Position numbers and translations under genes: made by a program. Below, one piece after another: positions 34,067-40,137 of a stretch of 40,137 nucleotides of DNA; position 1 is the first letter of the stretch, and every line of letters starts with the position of its first letter. Below the pieces are notes generated by a model that worked only from the letters and a program-made list of their open reading frames with translations, searched no databases and had not been told where the DNA came from. This DNA is from a virus (lineage: Duplodnaviria; Caudoviricetes): the IMG/VR virus record IMGVR_UViG_3300043580_000071, positions 1 to 40,137 of that record, one strand, 5' to 3'.

Positions 34067-35438
34067 TTTTTGCTTCTCCTTGCTGGTCGAACAGTTGGGT
34101 GAACTCGCGGGCCTTGCGGACCAAGAGGGAATTGATGAGGTCGTCAACGGTCCCGGCGGCGGAGAGCATCCGCGCCACCACGCCGTCTTTCTGGCCAATC
34201 CTGTGCACGCGGCACGCCGCTTGGGCGTTGTCCATCGGGGTCCACGAACTCTCGACGAAAATCACATCGGAGCACTTGCAGCGGGGCCCCACGAGCGTGA
34301 TCGCGGTGCCTGCTGCCTGAATGTTGCCGATGAATACGCGGCACTTGGGATCAGTCAGGAACTTATCGACGGCCTGCTCACGCTCGCGGGGGTTGGTCTT
34401 GCCGGTCAGCACCGCCGGGGAAAAAGCGGCGAGGTTCTGGGACAAAGAGGCAATGACTTCGGCGTGGTGCGCGAACACCAGCACCTTGCGGTCAGGCGGC
34501 AGGTTTTCAAGCATATCAACGATATACTCGAAAGCCCCGCGCAGCTTCGCCATCCCCAGCATCCGCCGCAGCGACATCAGCGCGACGCTTTTGTCCAGCG
34601 AAGCGAGGGCGGCGGTGAGGACGTCGAGCCCTGCGGTCGCGCCCTTGTCGGCGAACAGGGTCGTGATGGTCTTCTCCAGCACCTCGATGTCGTTGCCAGT
34701 CAGGGCGCTCTTGTCGAGCGGGATCGGGATTTGGTCCCAGAGGATCGGCGGCAGGTCCTTGAATACTTCCTCTTTTCGGACCCGATACATGAAGGGGGCG
34801 ATCAACGTCTTGAGTTGATCTAGGTTCTTCGAGCCTTCCACTACACGTATTGGCCGGGACTGCCCGAAATACTTGTGGCTAACCTTGCAGAACCTTTCCT
34901 CGTAGTCGGCGCGGGTCATCTTCATGCCCTGCGGCCAGCAGATCGAGAGCAGGGTGTAGAGGTCGCCCGCGTGGTTGCGCATGGGGGTGCCGGAGAGGGG
35001 GGTGATATCCCCCAGCTTCGGCGCGGCGCGGCGCAGGGCTTTCACCCGGTTGGTGTCCACGGCGTTGTAGGCATGGGCCTCGTCGATCGCGGTCATGTCG
35101 AAGGGGACGCCGAGAATGAGCGCCGCCGGGATCGGGCCGTTGGTCTGGGACATGAGCCCGTGGGAAACGATGAAGAACTGCGCCGGGCGGGTTAGGTCCG
35201 AAGCCTTCTCGACGACGATGAACGTGGCCCCGGGGGCCCAGAGGCCGATTTCCCGTTTCCAGACCAGCTTTGCACTGGCGGGGCAGAGGATCAGGACCCG
35301 CCGGGCCCTGCGGACAAGGACCGCCTCGATAAAGGTCCTCGTCTTGCCGATGCCCATGTCGAGCGCCAGATAGGTCGGGACCTTCTCGGCGATGCGCATC
35401 GCGCCCGTGTGCTGGTGGGGAAAGAGGGGCTTGCTCAC
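34059..35438 (-). CDS. SNF2-family (SF2) helicase
   Basis: DMGIGKT, DEAH, SGTP, KVLVFAHH, AAGTAITL, QAACRVHRIGQ. Confidence 0.92.
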   Translation of the reverse strand: MSKPLFPHQHTGAMRIAEKVPTYLALDMGIGKTRTFIEAVLVRRARRVLILCPASAKLVWKREIGLWAPGATFIVVEKASDLTRPAQFFIVSHGLMSQTNGPIPAALILGVPFDMTAIDEAHAYNAVDTNRVKALRRAAPKLGDITPLSGTPMRNHAGDLYTLLSICWPQGMKMTRADYEERFCKVSHKYFGQSRPIRVVEGSKNLDQLKTLIAPFMYRVRKEEVFKDLPPILWDQIPIPLDKSALTGNDIEVLEKTITTLFADKGATAGLDVLTAALASLDKSVALMSLRRMLGMAKLRGAFEYIVDMLENLPPDRKVLVFAHHAEVIASLSQNLAAFSPAVLTGKTNPREREQAVDKFLTDPKCRVFIGNIQAAGTAITLVGPRCKCSDVIFVESSWTPMDNAQAACRVHRIGQKDGVVARMLSAAGTVDDLINSLLVRKAREFTQLFDQQGEAKSA

Positions 35439-35572
35439 GGCGCTATTCTCCGCTGTTGCTCGTGCGCTATCCGCTGAGCTAGGAGCGCACGAATAGCGGA
35501 AAGTTCAACCCAACAAGCGAAAAGCATAATCGCGACGACCATCAGGCACATCAAGGATAAGGTGTTCGTCAC
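35435..35572 (-). CDS. Small membrane peptide
   Basis: Own translation: MTNTLSLMCLMVVAIMLFACWVELSAIRALLAQR...; abuts or overlaps its neighbours. Confidence 0.5.
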   Translation of the reverse strand: MTNTLSLMCLMVVAIMLFACWVELSAIRALLAQRIAHEQQRRIAP

Positions 35573-35779
35573 TTAGTCACCCCGATGTTTCGACGAAGCC
35601 GGGGATGACTTTTGCTTTAGTCGATCCCAAACAAAAGCAAGAAATTGCCGCTTGAAGTTGAATGAATTGGCAATTTGATCGACGGCCCAATCTAGGCCGA
35701 GGAAAATACCGACCGAACCACACGCAGCCCACGCAGCAACCCCGGACCACCAAAGAAAGCTATCCATTGGTCCCGCCAT
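35573..35779 (-). CDS. Small membrane protein
   Basis: Hydrophobic FLWWSGVAAWAACGSVGIFLGLDW followed by a basic tail. Confidence 0.55.
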   Translation of the reverse strand: MAGPMDSFLWWSGVAAWAACGSVGIFLGLDWAVDQIANSFNFKRQFLAFVWDRLKQKSSPASSKHRGD

Positions 35780-35984
35780 TCTTTGAGGAAGCCGCCACGA
35801 TTGAGAGATGTGGGCGCGTGACCGAGGTGGTGCGCGGCTTAACTTCCCTGATCTTCACCGGACCGTCCTGTTCATAGATGGCCGCATAGTGCATGATTTC
35901 TTTCATGGCGGACTTTCGGTCGGCACAATCAACCGCGGCGACCAGCATCCCGTCTTGCCAAAGTTGAAATCTATACTGTGTCAT
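35760..35984 (-). CDS. Hypothetical protein
   Basis: MTQYRFQLWQDGMLVAAV...EIMHYAAIYEQDGPVKI; ATGA coupling. Confidence 0.65.
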   Translation of the reverse strand: MTQYRFQLWQDGMLVAAVDCADRKSAMKEIMHYAAIYEQDGPVKIREVKPRTTSVTRPHLSIVAASSKNGGTNG

Positions 35985-36154
35985 TTGGCGGTCCCCCGAT
36001 CCTGCGAAGGAAGCTGTGATGCGCGGCGCAGTTCTTCCATCTCTTCTTTGGTGTAATGCCCCTGCCATCGATCCTTGACCGGGCGTCGGGTCACGCAGTA
36101 GTCAGCGCAGAGGCCGTCGTATCCGCATCTGTCGCAGATGTAGTGGCCGCTCAT
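35981..36154 (-). CDS. Small Cys-rich protein
   Basis: Own translation: MSGHYICDRCGYDGLCADYC...; ATGA-coupled at both ends. Confidence 0.55.
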   Translation of the reverse strand: MSGHYICDRCGYDGLCADYCVTRRPVKDRWQGHYTKEEMEELRRASQLPSQDRGTAK

Positions 36155-36342
36155 GTCGCGCCCTCCGTGGAGGTCACCGTGTAGCCGTTAGCTTCCAGTA
36201 ACCGTTTGGCGTCGCGCAACGCCTTGTTAAGAGCGTTGGCTGCGGTCAATTCGTGCGACATCCGGCAGACGTGGCAGATCGAGTTGGGATCGGCCTTCTG
36301 ATGGTTGCACGGCGAGGCCGCAGACAGACATCCATCAATCAT
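36151..36342 (-). CDS. Small Cys/His-rich protein
   Basis: MIDGCLSAASPCNH...ICHVC...AKRLLEANGYTV; GGAGG RBS. Confidence 0.6.
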   Translation of the reverse strand: MIDGCLSAASPCNHQKADPNSICHVCRMSHELTAANALNKALRDAKRLLEANGYTVTSTEGAT

Positions 36343-36544
36343 GGCTGTTGCCCTCCGTTTCCTCGTTGAAGTCGTTGGCGGTGTTGAGACATCTGCGGCA
36401 GGTGATGGTGTATCCGCCGTCGGAGGGTTCCAGCCGCGCGTCACGATTGACCGGGAAGGTTACAACCGTGTGCCGGTAGCTGTTGCAGCGTTTGCACAGA
36501 ATGCGGAACTTGGGGTTTCTGCCGTCGCTTTGCCCTTGGGTCAC
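36335..36544 (-). CDS. Zn-ribbon protein
   Basis: CKRC ... CRRC pairs. Confidence 0.6.
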   Translation of the reverse strand: MTQGQSDGRNPKFRILCKRCNSYRHTVVTFPVNRDARLEPSDGGYTITCRRCLNTANDFNEETEGNSHD

Positions 36545-37023
36545 GCGAAAATCTCCGGAGTGTTACGGCCCTGCGCGCCCCGCACCCAGTACCAGTCCCC
36601 TATCAGCAGGGCCTCGGCACGGTCGGCGTCCTTGTGCCGGTCGAGGTGGCGGTTGAGGCCCGGCCACTTCCGGATCGCCAGTTCCCGGCTGGGTTCCTTG
36701 TCCTTGCCCCGGAGCCCGTGAAAGGCTTTCCACTGGGTAGGGGCTACAAGCGTCAGCGGGAGCCTCAGGGCCCCGCAAACGCCGTGGATGATGCCGACGC
36801 CCATGCCGAATTTAAACGTACTGGAGAGGCCCTGTAGGGGCATGGCGTGGACGTTCTCGACCACGGCATGTTCCACCTTCATGTCTTGGAGGGCGTGGGC
36901 GAAGGCGGTGCTGTCGAGCATCCCATTAACGGTTCTTATATCGTCCACGAATACGGGGGTACCGTCGTGAAAGACGGCAACCGCCGCGTGGACGGAACCG
37001 GGGTCGATGGCGGCGAAGATCAT
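36541..37023 (-). CDS. RuvC-like Holliday junction resolvase
   Basis: AAIDPG, VVENV, STFKFG, PTQWK, DRAEALLI. Confidence 0.88.
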   Translation of the reverse strand: MIFAAIDPGSVHAAVAVFHDGTPVFVDDIRTVNGMLDSTAFAHALQDMKVEHAVVENVHAMPLQGLSSTFKFGMGVGIIHGVCGALRLPLTLVAPTQWKAFHGLRGKDKEPSRELAIRKWPGLNRHLDRHKDADRAEALLIGDWYWVRGAQGRNTPEIFA

Positions 37024-37268
37024 TTGAGGGCCTCGCGTGCGATTTCGCCGACGCCCTCGACGACGTGGCGCATACAGCTTGCGGAGACGGCGTCGAGCGT
37101 GATGCCGCCCGCCTCCAGCAGGGCACGGGCCTTTTTCAGGTCCGGTTCCGGGAAGATGTCGAGCGGGTAGGCTTCGGCCCAACTGGCGATCTGGTGCAGG
37201 GCCTGTTCCAGATCATCGACACGGGCGGCCATCGCAATGTAGGTTTCCGTGATCTCGTCGTCGGTCAT
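37020..37268 (-). CDS. Hypothetical phage protein
   Basis: ALHQIASWAEAYPLDIFPEPD...ITLDAVSA..MRHV..IAREAL; coupled to neighbours. Confidence 0.7.
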   Translation of the reverse strand: MTDDEITETYIAMAARVDDLEQALHQIASWAEAYPLDIFPEPDLKKARALLEAGGITLDAVSASCMRHVVEGVGEIAREALK

Positions 37269-37561
37269 TTGCGCTTCCGCCCCTTGTTGCCCTTGTTCAG
37301 CCGGAAGTCCCTGACGAGGGCGTCCATCGGGTTGTCGATCAGGCCCGCGTCTTGGGCGAGCGAAAACAGCGCCGGGGCCCAAGCCCCGGGAAGGCTGTTG
37401 CGCGTCACCCAGCCCTGAACGGTATCAGCGCCCGGCGGGAAGAACCCCTTGGACATGAGCTTCTCGGTCATGGGCCCCACGCCGCCAAGGCGCTCGATCA
37501 TGTCCCGCACCTTCCAGACAGGCGGCACGGGGGTAAAGATGGTGCGGTCACGCTTCGGCAT
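37265..37561 (-). CDS. Cro/CI-like HTH transcriptional regulator
   Basis: MIERLGG...DTVQGWVTRNSLPGAW resembles the small Cro-like HTH pattern. Confidence 0.6.
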   Translation of the reverse strand: MPKRDRTIFTPVPPVWKVRDMIERLGGVGPMTEKLMSKGFFPPGADTVQGWVTRNSLPGAWAPALFSLAQDAGLIDNPMDALVRDFRLNKGNKGRKRK

Positions 37562-37745
37562 TCTGGTTCTCCATTTCGCATCTGCCGCAGACGCGGATCG
37601 GGTTTTTACCGTTCCGGTCGAACAGGGTTTCGAGCGGTTCGCTGCAATACTCGCAGGTGGCCTGTCCCCATCTTTTCAGGGTCGCGAGCCGCTGGGCCCG
37701 CACATGCTTTTCCATGTTCGCGAGCAGTTTTGCCGTGTCGGGCAT
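37548..37745 (-). CDS. Small Zn-finger protein
   Basis: CEYC ... CGRC. Confidence 0.6.
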   Translation of the reverse strand: MPDTAKLLANMEKHVRAQRLATLKRWGQATCEYCSEPLETLFDRNGKNPIRVCGRCEMENQNAEA

Positions 37746-37748
37746 CGG

Positions 37749-38099
37749 TCACTTCTCCACTAACTTGACGGTCTGGTAGGTGGTCGCCTTGACGAAGGGG
37801 GCGACGGCGGCTTCACCGAAGGCTTCGGTGATGGCTTTACGGTCGAGCGTCTCGCGGGTGCCGGGAATGATGTTGGCGATGTACTGGTCGCCTTCGAGGC
37901 TTGCGCCTTCGGCCAGCAGCATGGCGCGCAACTCGTCGGCGCGGCCCTCTAGTATTTTGAGTTCTTCACGGACAGCGGAAAGCTCATCCGCCGGATGGAT
38001 GTTGACGCCTTCGGGGCGCGTAGGGGCATTCACGACGCGGGCGGAGACGCCGGGGACGGTCGCGATATGGTTGGCGGCAGGTTTTCTGGGGGTCGGCAT
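37749..38099 (-). CDS. Hypothetical protein (first gene of leftward operon)
   Basis: AAAAGGA RBS before ATG 38099; HPADEL..VREELK.LE..ADELR..., RETLDRKAI. Confidence 0.7.
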   Translation of the reverse strand: MPTPRKPAANHIATVPGVSARVVNAPTRPEGVNIHPADELSAVREELKILEGRADELRAMLLAEGASLEGDQYIANIIPGTRETLDRKAITEAFGEAAVAPFVKATTYQTVKLVEK

Positions 38100-38126
38100 G
38101 GCGGTGGTCCTTTTGGTTGGTTCGAC

Positions 38127-38163
38127 GGGGTTTGTATCACACAAAAAGGCATAGTCAACCCCT
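38127..38163 (-). promoter_or_regulatory. Putative leftward promoter in divergent intergenic region
   Basis: - strand GGGG-TTGACT-16 nt-TACAAA-CCCC, with flanking GGGGTT/AACCCC dyad. Confidence 0.5.
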
Positions 38164-38219
38164 TTTATTTGGTGTAGGGTGCTGGTCCGCCCAATCGAGG
38201 CGAGACACCGGAGAGCCCC

Positions 38220-40137
38220 ATGCCCAAGCCCACCCATGATTTGCACCTCGACTTCGAAACCTACTGCGATCTCGATCTGAAAAAAGTCGGCGTGCACCGC
38301 TATGTGGCGGACGCTTCCTTTCGCGTGATGTGCGGGGCGTGGAAGATCGACGGGCAGGCCACGCGGCAGGCGCACCTCAGCGGCACGCCCATGCACCTGC
38401 TGCCGCCTGAGCTGACGCAGGCGCTCCAGAACCCCGACTATCAGGGCCATGCTTTCAACGCCGCTTTCGAAACGGCGGTGCTGGATAGACTTGGGGTGTT
38501 CGTCGCCAATCCCCTAAGCTGCACCATGCAGCGGGCCCTCGCCTACGGGCTTCCCGGCAACCTGTCCGGGGCGGCGCTGGCCTTGGGGCTGGCGCACCAG
38601 AAAGACGCGGCGGGGCACCGGCTGATGCTTCGCATGTCGCGCCCCTTGAAGCCGTTCGATGTGCCGTGGATGACGCACGAGTACAATCTGCTGGCGGACT
38701 ACTGCGCTCGGGACGTCGAGGCCGAGGCCGACCTCGCCGCCGTGATCCCGGAGCTACAGCCGGAGGAAGAGGCCCTGTCGCGACTGGACGCCGACATGAA
38801 CGTGTCGGGCGAACTGGGCATCGACCTGTCCCGGGTGGTCACGTTTGAAATCGTGGCGGACGCCGCCGGGAAAACCGACGCCAAACGCTGCGCGATCCTG
38901 ACCGCTGGCGCGGTTACTTCCCCGGGGACGCAGACGGCAAGGCTATTGGCGTGGCTGGCGGCGCAGGGGCTTACGCTGGAGGACACGCAGAGAGCTACGA
39001 TTGAAGAGGCCCTGCTGGACCTGCCGGAAAACCAGTCGCTCACGTCGCTCATGAACGTCGCCGAAGTGCTCCAGATCAGGCTGCGGATGGCCCGGGCCTC
39101 GAACCGCAAGCTCGAACGCATGCAGGAGATGGCGAGCCCCGTTGATAGGGCCCTGCGCGGGCAGTTTCAGTTCTGTGGAGCCGGTCGAACCGGGCGATGG
39201 TCGGGGCGGGGGGTGCAGGTGCAAAATCTCCCACGGGTGCCGAAAGGCTTCGATCCCGAGTTGTTCTTCAACATGGCGGTGGCGTGCGTGACGCGCGGCG
39301 ATCTGGCGGTCTTCGACAAGGTGACACCAGCACCGGTTCTCGACTGCGTGAGCTGGTCGCTGCGCTCGTGCCTGAAGGCCGCCGACGACAGGAAGGTCCT
39401 CTGGTCGTTTGACTTCTCGCAGATCGAGGCCCGGGTTCTTGCTTGGTTAGCAGGGCAGCGGGATATTCTCGCGGTGTTCGCTGCTGGCGACGACGTCTAC
39501 GTCTGGGCGGCGGCGCAGTTCGGGTCTTCGGACCGGCAACTGGGGAAGGTCTTGGTGCTGGCCTTGGGCTTCGGCATGGGAGCGACCAAGCTGCGGGAAA
39601 CCGCACTCAAGGCCTACGGGGTGCGGCTGACGGCGGCGCAGGCCGAGAAGTTCAAGATCGGCTGGCGGATGGCCAACAGCAAGATCGTCGCGTTCTGGGA
39701 CTTGATGGACTACGCGGCACGGGCGGCGATCCTGAGGCCCGGGACCGTGTACCCGGTCGGCGGGTCCGGGGTGGCCTACGTCTGCACGCCCAAAACCTTG
39801 CAGATGAGACTGCCGTCGGGGCGGGTGCTCTACTATCACAAGCCGAGGCTCGATCAGGGCACAGGCTCTATCGTCTACTGGGGTGCCGAGGTCGGCGGGC
39901 GCTGGGTCGAGCAGCGCACATGGGGCGGCAAGCTGGCCGAGAACGCGACGCAGGCGGCGGCCCGGGACATCATGAGCGAGGCGATGCTTCGGGCCTTCCG
40001 CCGAGGCGGGCACGTCCCTTGTATGACGGTGCACGACGAACTGGTCTATCCGCTCGACGGCGCGGCTTGCGGATGGTCGTATATGGAGGCGCTGATGCTG
40101 GAGCCGCCGCCGTGGGCCGGGGGGCTTCCGCTGGCGG
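38220..40137 (+). CDS. Family A DNA polymerase (runs off window end)
   Basis: Absent from the ORF track because it has no stop. Own translation: LHLDFETY exonuclease I, HAFNAAFE, YCARDV, GAGRTGRWSG, motif A DFSQIEARV, motif B RQLGKVLVLALGFG, ENATQA, motif C VHDE, PPWAGGLPL. Confidence 0.95.
   Translation, partial: MPKPTHDLHLDFETYCDLDLKKVGVHRYVADASFRVMCGAWKIDGQATRQAHLSGTPMHLLPPELTQALQNPDYQGHAFNAAFETAVLDRLGVFVANPLSCTMQRALAYGLPGNLSGAALALGLAHQKDAAGHRLMLRMSRPLKPFDVPWMTHEYNLLADYCARDVEAEADLAAVIPELQPEEEALSRLDADMNVSGELGIDLSRVVTFEIVADAAGKTDAKRCAILTAGAVTSPGTQTARLLAWLAAQGLTLEDTQRATIEEALLDLPENQSLTSLMNVAEVLQIRLRMARASNRKLERMQEMASPVDRALRGQFQFCGAGRTGRWSGRGVQVQNLPRVPKGFDPELFFNMAVACVTRGDLAVFDKVTPAPVLDCVSWSLRSCLKAADDRKVLWSFDFSQIEARVLAWLAGQRDILAVFAAGDDVYVWAAAQFGSSDRQLGKVLVLALGFGMGATKLRETALKAYGVRLTAAQAEKFKIGWRMANSKIVAFWDLMDYAARAAILRPGTVYPVGGSGVAYVCTPKTLQMRLPSGRVLYYHKPRLDQGTGSIVYWGAEVGGRWVEQRTWGGKLAENATQAAARDIMSEAMLRAFRRGGHVPCMTVHDELVYPLDGAACGWSYMEALMLEPPPWAGGLPLA

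Noticed and set aside
38100-38450. N-terminal extension of ORF 37749-38450
   Set aside because: Overlaps the PolA 5' end and the divergent promoter region; the RBS supports ATG 38099.
1-40137. tRNA, integrase/att site, DNA methyltransferase, RNA polymerase
   Set aside because: No recognisable motifs by eye; the few intergenic gaps are accounted for by other features. A tRNAscan or HMM run could still overturn this.

Overview
The window is a nearly complete ~40 kb, GC-rich podovirus-type phage genome of the APSE/BPP-1-like layout, linearised at the 3' end of its family A DNA polymerase gene. The host is probably an alphaproteobacterium, inferred from apparent GANTC depletion. Gene order: RepB'-type primase/D5 helicase (134-2416); a non-coding block (2417-3275) with an inverted-iteron putative origin, a 24-bp tandem duplication, a 156-nt adenine-free (TGCGC)-type repeat and three CCCTAGGG palindromes; an antisense MoxR/CobS-like AAA+ plus CobT-like vWA cassette (3276-6706); a long + strand late operon (terS, terL, portal, scaffold, capsid, adaptor, tail tube, GNAT, ejection proteins, two S74-chaperoned tail fibres, small membrane/lipoprotein genes, two prion-like low-complexity proteins) ending at a bidirectional terminator near 30810; a - strand replication/recombination operon (DUF6378, SSB, Cas4-like exonuclease, SNF2 helicase, RuvC-like resolvase, many small ORFs); and the divergent PolA (38220 to the end). 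I recognised no integrase, repressor, tRNA, CRISPR array, reverse transcriptase or stand-alone endolysin. The most intriguing observations are: a set of disordered late proteins sharing a short R[DEQ]xLA helix motif with both ends of the scaffold (possible capsid-loading signal); the two prion-like proteins; the A-free repeat beside the primase/origin; the AAA+/vWA cassette; and an Acb2/Tad1-like small gene in the head module. All calls come from reading motifs by eye, with no database searches.
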